The notes: generated by a model from the letters alone, not told the origin. A stretch of 64,000 nucleotides of DNA from Haplodiscus bocki (GCA_965655095.1 OZ296657.1:63736001-63800000), one strand, 5' to 3'; shown: positions 50,331 to 64,000, counted from the stretch's first letter. Made by a program: numbers and translations.

Positions 50331-52055
50331 TGACTCAATATACTCCGTAAAAACGAGAACTTTGCAAATTCCGTGCTTTGTGACAAGGCATGATTTTCAA
50401 GGAAACTTTCAAGAAAACTCAGATTTCAAAAAAAAACATTGTGTCCTTGATTTAATTGATATTTTTTCAAAGTGTCAGATTTTGAATTAGAAAATTTACA
50501 GTGTTTAAGCTTTTGGAATAGAATTTCAACGACGCGTCAGTTTCTGAATTGCAAAAATGTCAACGCGGCAGATGTTGATTGGGAAACTCTTCAACGTGAC
50601 AGACCTCGAGTCTACTTCTGCAATTGCCAAACCTTCATCCGTTTTTCAAATTATGATAGGTTTCGACAACGTTTTTATAGTATGCTGTGGGTTCGATTGG
50701 ACGAGGTATTGTGTTCGGATAGTTTTTGTTTCTCCCAACGGTGTTTAACGTGTTAGGACAATCTAAGACAGGCCATCTGATACGAGTGTGTTCACTATAT
50801 TTGGATATGGATTGGTCTGCGCAAGTGTCCTACCACAGGCTACAGTGTTCGCAATGCACAGACTTGAATAGTGTCTTTTTTTACGAATCGTTTATGATAG
50901 CGTCATTTATTATGATAAGCATAGAGCCAAACTGTTCAAGGTTTGAAGTTGGTTATAGAGAATGAAGGCTTAGGATGTTGCGCACTTTTAATTTACGGTG
51001 AAGTGAACTCCTGCATATTACTCAGACAGCTTGCGGCCTCAGCTGCTTATGGGAGGAGTACCCTACAGAGTAGAAGTTTATGAAGTTTTACTTCTTGCTG
51101 AAAATCAACAAACAAAAGTACCAAAAATAAGTAAGTTTCAAAAGAGTACATAACGGTTGCCCCGGCAATCAATAGAAGCAATATAACGGAACCAATTAGC
51201 TACAATGAAAAAAACTACAGCTCAACACAATTGATGGAACTCCTCCAACACTCTGGGCAAACGAAGGTCATTCCACTGTTCAACTGTAGCAATTGTTTCG
51301 TTCACTCGTTTGTTTTTAAAAAGTTTGTTGTTATAATGCTTTTCTTCCCAGATTGGTGGGCAAATTGACGTTTGGCAGTTTTCGCTGGTACATCTGTCGA
51401 CTAAGTTATAACAGACACAGTCGTTTATTTCTCCACTGTACAGCATTTTGGTATTAACTTTGACCGTAGAAAAGATCACTCAGCCAGTACCGGATCTAAA
51501 AAACCCTTTAAACGACAGATATGTTGGAACAAGTTTTGAACCGTGTCGGAATTTGATATTAAAAATTTACAACTTATCAATTTTGAACAAGAGATTTTTC
51601 TCAAAAAATCAAATTTTGAGTAAATCGTTTTATAAAGTCACTTTTCGAAGAAAAGTTCAAATCTAATAACGATCGTTTTGACTCAATATACTCCGTAAAA
51701 ACGAGAACTTTGCAAATTCCGTGCTTTGTGACAAGGCATGATTTTCAAGGAAACTTTCAAGAAAACTCAGATTTCAAAAAAAAACATTGTGTCCTTGATT
51801 TAATTGATATTTTTTCAAAGTGTCAGATTTTGAATTAGAAAATTTACAGTGTTTAAGCTTTTGGAATAGAATTTCAACGACGCGTCAGTTTCTGAATTGC
51901 AAAAATGTCAACGCGGCAGATGTTGATTGGGAAACTCTTCAACGTGACAGACCTCGAGTCTACTTCTGCAATTGCCAAACCTTCATCCGTTTTTCAAATT
52001 ATGATAGGTTTCGACAACGTTTTTATAGTATGCTGTGGGTTCGATTGGACGAGGT
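49325..52055 (+). repeat. Recent 1348-bp single-monomer duplication
   Basis: ORF pairs 49378/50726, 49874/51222, 50100/51448 and 50472/51820 are all offset by 1348. Confidence 0.92.
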
Positions 52056-54999
52056 AATGTGTTCGGATGGTTTTCGTTTCTTCCAGCGGTGAATAACGTA
52101 TTAGGACATTCTAAGACAGGCCAACTGATACCAGTGTGCTCACTAAAATTAGATATGGACTGGTGTGGGCAAATGTTTTACCAAAGACTATAGGGTTCGC
52201 ATTGCACAGAGATAATTAATCTCATTTCTTTGACTCGTTTTTGATAGCGTCATGTATAGTGATAAGCCATGGAGCCAAACCGTTCAAGGTTTGAAGATGG
52301 TTGTACAGAATGGAGGCTTAGGTGGTTGTGCACTTTTGTTTCCGGTAGAGTGAAATGCAATTTACTCAGACAGGTTGCGGCCTCAGCTGCTTATGGGATG
52401 AGTACCCTACAGAGTAGAATTTTATGTAGTTTTACTTCTTGCTGAAAAGCAACAAACAAAAGTACCAAAATTAAGTAAGTTTCAAAAGAGTACATAACGG
52501 TTGCCCCGGCAATCAATAGAAGCAAAACAACTGAAACAAATAGCTACATTGAAAAAAACTACAGCTCAAAACAATTGATCGAACTCCTCCATCACTATGG
52601 GCAAACGAAGGTCATTCCACTGTTCAACTGTAGCAATTGTTTCGTTCACTCGTTTGTTTTTGAAAAGTTTGTTGTTAAAATGCTTTTCTTCCCAGATTGG
52701 TGGGCAAATTGACGTTTGGCAGTTTTCGCTGGTACATCGGTCGACTAAGTCATAACAGACATAGTCGTTTATTTCTCCACTGTACAGCATTTTTTGTATT
52801 AACTTTGACCGTAGCAAAGATCACTCAGTCAGTACCGGATCTGAAACGCCCTTCAAAAATCAGATTTGTAAGAAAAAAATTTGAACTGTGTCAGATTTTG
52901 ATTCCAAAAATTTTACAACATATCAGTTTTTGAACAAGAAATTTTCTCAAAAAATTAGGTTTTTAGTAAATCTCTTTTATAAAGTCACTTTTCGAAGAAA
53001 CGTTCAAATCCAATAACGATCGTTTTGACTCAATTTACTCCGTAAAAACGACAACTTTGCAAATTCCGTGCTTTTTTACAAGGCATGATTTCCAATGAAA
53101 CTTTCAAGAAAAATCAGATTCAAAAAATTTACATTGTTTAACAAAATTGAATGAGAATTTTTCATTGTGTAAGACTTTGAAGTAGAAAATTTCCAGTGTT
53201 CAAGCTTTTCGAAAAAAATTTAATCGCCGCGGCAGATTCTGAATTGCAAAATTGTCATTGCGGCAGATGCTGATTCGGAACTTTTTCAACGTGCCAGAAT
53301 TTGAGTCTACTTCTTCTGCAGTTTGCCAAACTTTCATCCGTTTTTCAAATTAGGATAGGTTTCAACAACGTTTTTATAGTATGCTGTGGGTTCGATTGGA
53401 CGAGGTACTGTGTTTGGATAGTTTGCGTTTCTCCCAACGGTGTTTAACTTGTTAGGAAAATCTAAGACAGGCCTTTTGATAAGAGTGTGTTCACTATAAA
53501 TAGACATGGATTGCTATGCGCAAATGTTTTACCAGAGACTGTAGGGTTCGCAATGCACAGAGATTTTCAGCCTCGTTTTTTGACTCGTTTATGATAGCGT
53601 CATGTTTTATGACAAGCCACAGAGCCAAACTGTTCAAGGTTTGAAGTTGGTTGTAGAGAATGGAGGCTTAGGTGGTTGTGCACTTATGTTTTACGGTAGA
53701 GTGAAATGCATTTTACTCAGACAGGTTGCGGCCTCGGCTGCTTATGGGAGGAGTACCCTACAGAGTAGAAGTTTATGAAGTTTTACTTCTTGCTGAAAAT
53801 CAACAAACAAAAGTACCAAAATTAAGTAAGTTTCAAAAGAGTACATAACGGTTGCCCCGGCAATCAATAGAAGCGAAACAACTGAAACAAATAGCTACAT
53901 TGAAAAAAACTACAGCTCAACACAATTGATGGAACTCCTCCATCACTCTGGGCAAACGAAAGTCCATCCACTGTTCAACTGTAGCAATTGTTTCGTTCAC
54001 TCGTTTGTTTTTAAAAAGTTTGTTGTTATAATGCTTTTCTTCCCAGATTGGTGGGCAAATTGACGTTTGGCAGTTTTCGCTGGTACATCTGTCGACTAAG
54101 TTATAACAGACATAGTCGTTTATTTCTCCGCTGTACAGAATTTTGGTAATAACTTTGAACGTAGAAAAGATCTTTCAGTCACTACCGGATCTGAAAAGCC
54201 CTTCAAAAATCAGATTTGTAAGAAAAATTTTGAACTGTGTCAGATTTTGGTTCCAAAAATTTTACAACATATCAGTTTTTGAACAAGAAAATTTTCTCAA
54301 AAATTAGGTTTTTAGTAAATATCTTTTGAGATGTCAGCTTTTGAAGAAAAGTTTATATCTAAATACGATCAATTTGACTCAATTTACTCCGTAAAAACGA
54401 CCCTTTTGCACTTTCCGTGCTTTGTTACAAGGCATGATTTCCAATGAAACTTTCAGGAAAAATCAGATTAAAAAATATTACATTGTTTCATAATTTTGAA
54501 TGAGAATTTTTCATCGTGTAAGATTTTGAATTAGAAAATTTCCAGTGTTCAAGCTTTTCGAAAAGAATTTAATCGACGCGGCCGATTCTGAACTGCAAAA
54601 ATGTCATCGCCGCAGATGTTGATTCGGAACTTTTTCAACGTGCCAGAATTTGAGTCTACTTCTTCTGCAGTTTGCCAAACGTTCATCCGTTTTTCAAATT
54701 AGGATAGGTTTCAACAACGTTTTTATAGTATGCTGTGGGTTCGATTGGACGAGGTATTGTGTTCGGATAGCTTTCGTTTCTCCCAACGGTGTTTAACTTA
54801 TTAGGAAAATCTCAGACAGGCCGTTTGATAAGAGTGTGTTCACTATAAAAAGATATGGATTGCTATGCGCAAATGTTTTACCAGAGACTATAGGGTTCGC
54901 AATGCACAGAGATTTTCAGTCTCGTTTTTTGACTCGTTTATGATAGCGTCATGTTTTATGACAAGCCACAGAGCCCAACTGTTCAAGGTTTGAAGTTGG

Positions 55000-57900
55000 T
55001 TGTAGAGAATGCAGGCTTAGGTGGTTGTGCACTTATGTTTTACGGTAGAGTGAAATGCAATTTACTCAGACAGGTTGCGGCCTCAGCTGCTTATGGGAGG
55101 AGTAACCTACAGAGTAGAAGTTTATGAAGTTTTACTTCTTGCTGAAAATCAACAAACAAAAGTACCAAAATTAAGTAAGTTTCAAAAGAGTACATAACGG
55201 TTGCCCCGGCAATCAATAGAAGCGAAACAAATGAAACAAATAGCTACATTGAAAAAAACTAAAGCTCAGCACAATTGATGGAACTCCTCCATCACTCTGG
55301 GCAAACGAAGGTCCATCCACTGTTCAACAGTAGCAATTGTTTCGTTCACTCGTTTGTTTTTAAAAAGTTTGTTGTTATAATGCTTTTCTTCCCAGATTGG
55401 TGGGCAAATTGACGTTTGGCAGTTTTCGCTGGTACATCTGTCGACTAAGTTATAACAGACATAGTCGTTTATTTCTCCGCTGTACAGCATTTTAGTAATA
55501 ACTTTGAACGTAGAAAAGATCTTTCAGTCAGTACCGGATCTGAAAAGCCCTTCAAAAATCAGATTTGTAAGAAAAAATTTTGAACTGTGTCAGATTTTGG
55601 TTCCAAAAATTTTACAACATATCAGTTTTTGAACAAGAAATTTTTCTCAAAAAATTAGGTTTCTAGTAAATGTCTTTTGAGATATCAGCTTTCGAAGAAA
55701 ATTTTATATCTAAATACGATCATTTTGACTCAATTTACTCCGTAAAAACGACCCTTTTGCACTTTCCGTGCTTTGTTACAACGCATGATTTCCAGAGAAA
55801 ATTTCAAGAAAAATCAGATTTAAAAAAAAATACATTGTTTCATAGTTTTGAATGAGAATTTTTCAACGTGTAAGACTTTGAATTAGAAAATTTCCAGTGT
55901 TTAAGCTTTTCGAACAGAATTTAATTGACGCGGCAGATTCTGAATTGCAAAATTGTCATCGCGGCAGATGCTGACTCGGAACTTTTTCAAAGTGCCAGAA
56001 TTTGAGTCCACTTCTTCTGCAGTTTGCCAAACTTTCATCCATTTTTCAAATTAGGATAGGTTTCAACAACGTTTTTATAGTATGCTGTGGGTTCGAATGG
56101 ACGAAGTATTGTGTTCGGATAGTTTCCGACTCTCCCAACGGTGTTTAACGTGTTAGGACAATCTAAGACAGGCATTTTGATACGAGTGTGTTCACTAAAA
56201 ATAGATAAGGATTGCTATGCGCAAATGTATTACCAGAGACTATAGGGTTCGGAATGTACAGAGATTTTCAGCCTCGTTTTTTGACTCGTTTATGATAGCG
56301 TCATGTTTTATGACAAGCCACAGAGCCAAACTGTTCAAGGTTTGAAGTTGGTTTTAGAGAATGGAGGCCTAGGTGGTTGTGCACTTATGTTTTACGGTAG
56401 AGTGAAATGCAATTTACTCAGACAGGTTGCGGCCTCAGCTGCTTATGGGAGGAGTAACCTACAGAGTAGAAGTTTATGAAGTTTTACTTCTTGCTGAAAA
56501 TCAACAAACAAAAGTACCAAAATTAAGTAAGTTTCAAAAGAGTACATAACGGTTGCCCCGGCAATCAATAGAAGCGAAACAAATGAAACAAATAGCTACA
56601 TTGAAAAAAACTAAAGCTCAGCACAATTGATGGAACTCCTCCATCACTCTGGGCAAACGAAGGTCCATCCACTGTTCAACAGTAGCAATTGTTTCGTTCA
56701 CTCGTTTGTTTTTAAAAAGTTTGTTGTTATAATGCTTTTCTTCCCAGATTGGTGGGCAAATTGACGTTTGGCAGTTTTCGCTGGTACATCTGTCGACTAA
56801 GTTATAACAGACATAGTCGTTTATTTCTCCGCTGTACAGCATTTTAGTAATAACTTTGAACGTAGAAAAGATCTTTCAGTCAGTACCGGATCTGAAAAGC
56901 CCTTCAAAAATCAGATTTGTAAGAAAAAATTTTGAACTGTGTCAGATTTTGGTTCCAAAAATTTTACAACATATCAGTTTTTGAACAAGAAATTTTTCTC
57001 AAAAAATTAGGTTTCTAGTAAATGTCTTTTGAGATGTCAGCTTTCGAAGAAAATTTTATATCTAAATACGATCATTTTGACTCAATTTACTCCGTAAAAA
57101 CGACCCTTTTGCACTTTCCGTGCTTTGTTACAACGCATGATTTCCAGAGAAAATTTCAAGAAAAATCAGATTTAAAAAAAAATACATTGTTTCATAGTTT
57201 TGAATGAGAATTTTTCAACGTGTAAGACTTTGAATTAGAAAATTTCCAGTGTTTAAGCTTTTCGAACAGAATTTAATTGACGCGGCAGATTCTGAATTGC
57301 AAAATTGTCATCGCGGCAGATGCTGACTCGGAACTTTTTCAAAGTGCCAGAATTTGAGTCCACTTCTTCTGCAGTTTGCCAAACTTTCATCCATTTTTCA
57401 AATTAGGATAGGTTTCAACAACGTTTTTATAGTATGCTGTGGGTTCGAATGGACGAAGTATTGTGTTCGGATAGTTTCCGACTCTCCCAACGGTGTTTAA
57501 CGTGTTAGGACAATCTAAGACAGGCATTTTGATACGAGTGTGTTCACTAAAAATAGATAAGGATTGCTATGCGCAAATGTATTACCAGAGACTATAGGGT
57601 TCGGAATGTACAGAGATTTTCAGCCTCGTTTTTTGACTCGTTTATGATAGCGTCATGTTTTATGACAAGCCACAGAGCCAAACTGTTCAAGGTTTGAAGT
57701 TGGTTTTAGAGAATGGAGGCCTAGGTGGTTGTGCACTTATGTTTTACGGTAGAGTGAAATGCAATTTACTCAGACAGGTTGCGGCCTCAGCTGCTTATGG
57801 GAGGAGTAACCTACAGAGTAGAAGTTTATGATGTTTTACTTCTTGCTGAAAATCAACAAACAAAAGTACCAAAATTAAGTAGGTTTCAAAATAGTACATA

Positions 57901-60900
57901 ACGGTTGCCCCGGCAATCAATAGAAGCGAAACAACTGAAACAAATAGCTACATTGAAAAAAACTACAGCTCAACACAATTGATGGAACTCCTCCATCACT
58001 CTGGGCAAACGAAGGTCCATCCACTGTTCAACTGTAGCAATTGTTTCGTTCACTCATTTGTTTTTAAAAAGTTTGTTGTTATAATGCTTTTCTTCCCAGA
58101 TTGGTGGGCAAATTGACGTTTGGCAGTTTTCGCTGGTACATCTGTCGACTAAGTTATAACAGACATAGTCGTTTATTTCTCCGCTGTACAGCATTTTGGT
58201 AATAACTTTGAACGTAGAAAAGATCTTTCAGTCAGTACCGTATCTGAAAAGCCCTTCAAAAATCAGATTTCTAAGAAAAAATTTTGAACTGTGTCAGCTT
58301 TTGATACCAAAAATTTTACAACATATCGGTTTTTGAACATGAAATTTTTCTCAAAAAATTAGGTTTTTGGTAAAAATCTTTTAAGATGTCAGCTTTTGAA
58401 GAAAAGTTTATATCTAAATACGATCAATTTGACTCAATTTACTCCGTAAAAACGACCCTTTTGCACTTTCCGTGCTTTGTTACAACGCATGATTTCCAGA
58501 GAAAATTTCAAGAAAAATCAGATTTAAAAAAATTACATTGTTTCATAGTTTTGAATGAGAATTTTTCAACGTGTAAGACTTTGAATTAGAAAATTTCCAG
58601 TGTTTAAGCTTTTCGAACAGAATTTAATTGACGCGGCAGATTCTGAATTGCAAAATTGTCATCGCGGCAGATGCTGACTCGGAACTTTTTCAAAGTGCCA
58701 GAATTTGAGTCCACTTCTTCTGCAGTTTGCCAAACTTTCATCCATTTTTCAAATTAGGATAGGTTTCAACAACGTTTTTATAGTATGCTGTGGGTTCGAA
58801 TGGACGAAGTATTGTGTTCGGATAGTTTCCGACTCTCCCAACGGTGTTTAACGTGTTAGGACAATCTAAGACAGGCATTTTGATACGAGTGTGTTCACTA
58901 AAAATAGATAAGGATTGCTATGCGCAAATGTATTACCAGAGACTATAGGGTTCGGAATGTACAGAGATTTTCAGCCTCGTTTTTTGACTCGTTTATGATA
59001 GCGTCATGTTTTATGACAAGCCACAGAGCCAAACTGTTCAAGGTTTGAAGTTGGTTTTAGAGAATGGAGGCCTAGGTGGTTGTGCACTTATGTTTTACGG
59101 TAGAGTGAAATGCAATTTACTCAGACAGGTTGCGGCCTCAGCTGCTTATGGGAGGAGTAACCTACAGAGTAGAAGTTTATGATGTTTTACTTCTTGCTGA
59201 AAATCAACAAACAAAAGTACCAAAATTAAGTAGGTTTCAAAATAGTACATAACGGTTGCCCCGGCAATCAATAGAAGCGAAACAACTGAAACAAATAGCT
59301 ACATTGAAAAAAACTACAGCTCAACACAATTGATGGAACTCCTCCATCACTCTGGGCAAACGAAAATCCATCCACTGTTCAACTGTAGCAATTGTTTCGT
59401 TCACTCATTTGTTTTTAAAAAGTTTGTTGTTATAATGCTTTTCTTCCCAAATTGGTGGGCAAATTGACGTTTGGCAGTTTTCGCTGGTACATCTGTCGAC
59501 TAAGTTATAACAGACATAGTCGTTTATTTCTCCGCTGTACAGCATTTTGGTAATAACTTTGAACGTAGAAAAGATCTTTCAGTCAGTACCGTATCTGAAA
59601 AGCCCTTCAAAAATCAGATTTCTAAGAAAAAATTTTGAACTGTGTCAGCTTTTGATACCAAAAATTTTACAACATATCGGTTTTTGAACATGAAATTTTT
59701 CTCAAAAAATTAGGTTTTTGGTAAATATCTTTTAAGATGTCAGCTTTTGAAGAAAAGTTTATATCTAAATACGATCAATTTGACTCAATTTACTCCGTAA
59801 AAACGACCCTTTTGCACTTTCCGTGCTTTGTTACAACGCATGATTTCCAGAGAAAATTTCAAGAAAAATCAGATTTAAAAAAATTACATTGTTTCATAGT
59901 TTTGAATGAGAATTTTTCAACGTATAAGACTTTGAATTAGAAAATTTCCAGTGTTTAAGCTTTTCGAACAGAATTTAATTGACGCGGCAGATTCTGAATT
60001 GCAAAATTGTCATCGCGGCAGATGCTGACTCGGAACTTTTTCAAAGTGCCAGAATTTGAGTCCACTTCTTCTGCAGTTTGCCAAACTTTCATCCATTTTT
60101 CAAATTAGGATAGGTTTCAACAACGTTTTTATAGTATGCTGTGGGTTCGAATGGACGAAGTATTGTGTTCGGATAGTTTCCGACTCTCCCAACGGTGTTT
60201 AACGTGTTAGGACAATCTAAGACAGGCATTTTGATACGAGTGTGTTCACTAAAAATAGATAAGGATTGCTATGCGCAAATGTATTACCAGAGACTATAGG
60301 GTTCGGAATGTACAGAGATTTTCAGCCTCGTTTTTTGACTCGTTTATGATAGCGTCATGTTTTATGACAAGCCACAGAGCCAAACTGTTCAAGGTTTGAA
60401 GTTGGTTTTAGAGAATGGAGGCCTAGGTGGTTGTGCACTTATGTTTTACGGTAGAGTGAAATGCAATTTACTCAGACAGGTTGCGGCCTCAGCTGCTTAT
60501 GGGAGGAGTAACCTACAGAGTAGAAGTTTATGATGTTTTACTTCTTGCTGAAAATCAACAAACAAAAGTACCAAAATTAAGTAGGTTTCAAAATAGTACA
60601 TAACGGTTGCCCCGGCAATCAATAGAAGCGAAACAACTGAAACAAATAGCTACATTGAAAAAAACTACAGCTCAACACAATTGATGGAACTCCTCCATCA
60701 CTCTGGGCAAACGAAGGTCCATCCACTGTTCAACTGTAGCAATTGTTTCGTTCACTCATTTGTTTTTAAAAAGTTTGTTGTTATAATGCTTTTCTTCCCA
60801 AATTGGTGGGCAAATTGACGTTTGGCAGTTTTCGCTGGTACATCTGTCGACTAAGTTATAACAGACATAGTCGTTTATTTCTCCGCTGTACAGCATTTTG

Positions 60901-63900
60901 GTAATAACTTTGAACGTAGAAAAGATCTTTCAGTCAGTACCGTATCTGAAAAGCCCTTCAAAAATCAGATTTCTAAGAAAAAATTTTGAACTGTGTCAGC
61001 TTTTGATACCAAAATTTTTACAACATATCGGTTTTTCAACATGAAATTTTTCTCAAAAAATTAGGTTTTTGGTAAATATCTTTTAAGATGTCAGCTTTTG
61101 AAGAAAAGTTTATATCTAAATACGATCAATTTGACTCAATTTACTCCGTAAAAACGAACCTTTTGCACTTTCCGTGCTTTGTTACAACGCATGATTTCCA
61201 GAGAAAATTTCAAGAAAAATCAGATTTAAAAAAATTACATTGTTTCATAGTTTTGAATGAGAATTTTTCAACGTGTAAGACTTTGAATTAGAAAATTTCC
61301 ATTTTTAAGCTTTTCGAACAGAATTTAATTGACGCGGCAGATTCTGAATTGCAAAATTGTCATCGCGGCAGATGCTGACTCGGAACTTTTTCAAAGTGCC
61401 AGAATTTGAGTCCACTTCTTCTGCAGTTTGCCAAACTTTCATCCATTTTTCAAATTAGGATAGGTTTCAACAACGTTTTTATAGTATGCTGTGGGTTCGA
61501 ATGGACGAAGTATTGTGTTCGGATAGCTTTCGTTTCTCCCAACGGTGTTTAACTTATTAGGAAAATCTCAGACAGGCCGTTTGATAAGAGTGTGTTCACT
61601 ATAAATAGATATGGATTGCTATGCGCAAATGTTTTACCAGAGACTATAGGGTTCGCAATGCACAGAGATTTTCAGTCTCGTTTTTTGACTCGTTTATGAT
61701 AGCGTCATGTTTTATGACAAGCCACAGAGCCCAACTGTTCAAGGTTTGAAGTTGGTTGTAGAGAATGCAGGCTTAGGTGGTTGTGCACTTATGTTTTACG
61801 GTAGAGTGAAATGCAATTTACTCAGACAGGTTGCGGCCTCAGCTGCTTATGGGAGGAGTAACCTACAGAGTAGAAGTTTATGAAGTTTTACTTCTTGCTG
61901 AAAATCAACAAACAAAAGTACCAAAATTAAGTAAGTTTCAAAAGAGTACATAACGGTTGCCCCGGCAATCAATAGAAGCGAAACAAATGAAACAAATAGC
62001 TACATTGAAAAAAACTAAAGCTCAGCACAATTGATGGAACTCCTCCATCACTCTGGGCAAACGAAGGTCCATCCACTGTTCAACAGTAGCAATTGTTTCG
62101 TTCACTCGTTTGTTTTTAAAAAGTTTGTTGTTATAATGCTTTTCTTCCCAGATTGGTGGGCAAATTGACGTTTGGCAGTTTTCGCTGGTACATCTGTCGA
62201 CTAAGTTATAACAGACATAGTCGTTTATTTCTCCGCTGTACAGCATTTTAGTAATAACTTTGAACGTAGAAAAGATCTTTCAGTCAGTACCGGATCTGAA
62301 AAGCCCTTCAAAAGTCAGATTTGTAAGAAAAAATTTTGAATTGTGTCAGATTTTGGTTCCAAAAATTTTACAACATATCAGTTTTTGAACAAGAAATTTT
62401 TCTCAAAAAATTAGGTTTCTAGTAAATGTCTTTTGAGATGTCAGCTTTCGAAGAAAATTTTATATCTAAATACGATCATTTTGACTCAATTTACTCCGTA
62501 AAAACGACCCTTTTGCACTTTCCGTGCTTTGTTACAACGCATGATTTCCAGAGAAAATTTCAAGAAAAATCAGATTTAAAAAAATTACATTGTTTCATAG
62601 TTTTGAATGAGAATTTTTCAACGTGTAAGACTTTGAATTAGAAAATTTCCATTTTTAAGCTTTTCGAACAGAATTTAATTGACGCGGCAGATTCTGAATT
62701 GCAAAATTGTCATCGCGGCAGATGCTGACTCGGAACTTTTTCAAAGTGCCAGAATTTGAGTCCACTTCTTCTGCAGTTTGCCAAACTTTCATCCATTTTT
62801 CAAATTAGGATAGGTTTCAACAACGTTTTTATAGTATGCTGTGGGTTCGAATGGACGAAGTATTGTGTTCGGATAGCTTTCGTTTCTCCCAACGGTGTTT
62901 AACTTATTAGGAAAATCTCAGACAGGCCGTTTGATAAGAGTGTGTTCACTATAAATAGATATGGATTGCTATGCGCAAATGTTTTACCAGAGACTATAGG
63001 GTTCGCAATGCACAGAGATTTTCAGTCTCGTTTTTTGACTCGTTTATGATAGCGTCATGTTTTATGACAAGCCACAGAGCCCAACTGTTCAAGGTTTGAA
63101 GTTGGTTGTAGAGAATGCAGGCTTAGGTGGTTGTGCACTTATGTTTTACGGTAGAGTGAAATGCAATTTACTCAGACAGGTTGCGGCCTCAGCTGCTTAT
63201 GGGAGGAGTAACCTACAGAGTAGAAGTTTATGAAGTTTTACTTCTTGCTGAAAATCAACAAACAAAAGTACCAAAATTAAGTAAGTTTCAAAAGAGTACA
63301 TAACGGTTGCCCCGGCAATCAATAGAAGCGAAACAAATGAAACAAATAGCTACATTGAAAAAAACTAAAGCTCAGCACAATTGATGGAACTCCTCCATCA
63401 CTCTGGGCAAACGAAGGTCCATCCACTGTTCAACAGTAGCAATTGTTTCGTTCACTCGTTTGTTTTTAAAAAGTTTGTTGTTATAATGCTTTTCTTCCCA
63501 GATTGGTGGGCAAATTGACGTTTGGCAGTTTTCGCTGGTACATCTGTCGACTAAGTTATAACAGACATAGTCGTTTATTTCTCCGCTGTACAGCATTTTA
63601 GTAATAACTTTGAACGTAGAAAAGATCTTTCAGTCAGTACCGGATCTGAAAAGCCCTTCAAAAGTCAGATTTGTAAGAAAAAATTTTGAATTGTGTCAGA
63701 TTTTGGTTCCAAAAATTTTACAACATATCAGTTTTTGAACAAGAAATTTTTCTCAAAAAATTAGGTTTCTAGTAAATGTCTTTTGAGATGTCAGCTTTCG
63801 AAGAAAATTTTATATCTAAATACGATCATTTTGACTCAATTTACTCCGTAAAAACGACCCTTTTGCACTTTCCGTGCTTTGTTACAACGCATGATTTCCA

Positions 63901-64000
63901 GAGAAAATTTCAAGAAAAATCAGATTTAAAAAAAAATACATTGTTTCATAGTTTTGAATGAGAATTTTTCAACGTGTAAGACTTTGAATTAGAAAATTTC
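55000..64000 (+). repeat. Second monomer subfamily domain
   Basis: Diagnostic variants GGAGTAACCT, TCCATCCAC, GTAATAACTTTG, ACGCATGATTTCCAGAG and TTCGAATGGACGAAG are shared by monomers here and absent from 4-50 kb. Confidence 0.9.

Larger units (their letters stand above)
2410..64000 (+). repeat. Tandem macrosatellite array, ~45 head-to-tail monomers of 1348-1360 bp; continues past window end
   Basis: The landmark CAGCATTTTGGTATTAACTTTGA (or a close variant) recurs at ~4081, 5433, 6791, 8143, 9502, 10861, 12217 ... 62245, 63595. Identical short ORFs recur at ~1.35-kb multiples. One HindIII site (AAGCTT) is seen per monomer. Confidence 0.99.

Noticed and set aside
5210-63596. The 74-aa ORF as a functional multicopy gene family
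   Set aside because: It is frameshifted in two monomer types, has a CGA>TGA stop in three monomers (~58055, 59405, 60757) and loses its ATG at ~54140. Between 5210 and 55266 I count about 3 synonymous and 7 nonsynonymous changes, close to neutral.
381-63961. Other 60-102 aa ORFs in the track
   Set aside because: They overlap on both strands, open and close with single indels or A-run length, mostly start at non-ATG codons, and have no recognisable domain.

Overview
AT-rich, eukaryote-like nuclear DNA. I recognise no intact protein-coding gene, rRNA, tRNA or snRNA gene, transposase or CRISPR array. About 96% of the window (~2410-64000, running off the right end) is a head-to-tail array of ~45 monomers of 1348-1360 bp. 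Each monomer is composite: ~480 bp built from a decayed ~31-bp sub-repeat (core CAGATTTTGA) plus ~870 bp of complex sequence that may be a decayed coding remnant. The array is layered. Its core holds two copies of a ~20.3-kb, 15-monomer higher-order repeat (HOR), a third partial pass offset by 13 monomers, and local dimer and monomer duplications. This core is bracketed by the same old monomer variant at ~3.1 kb and ~50.4-52.2 kb, and a different subfamily follows from ~55 kb. Left of the array lie a diverged monomer in inverted orientation (1-1305), an inverted fragment (1893-1987), and a ~400-bp insert with a 28-bp minisatellite and CCAAT/E2F-like motifs. All ORFs in the track are short and mostly recur once per monomer. 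Function (centromeric, heterochromatic, small-RNA source) cannot be determined from sequence alone. All alignments were done by eye.
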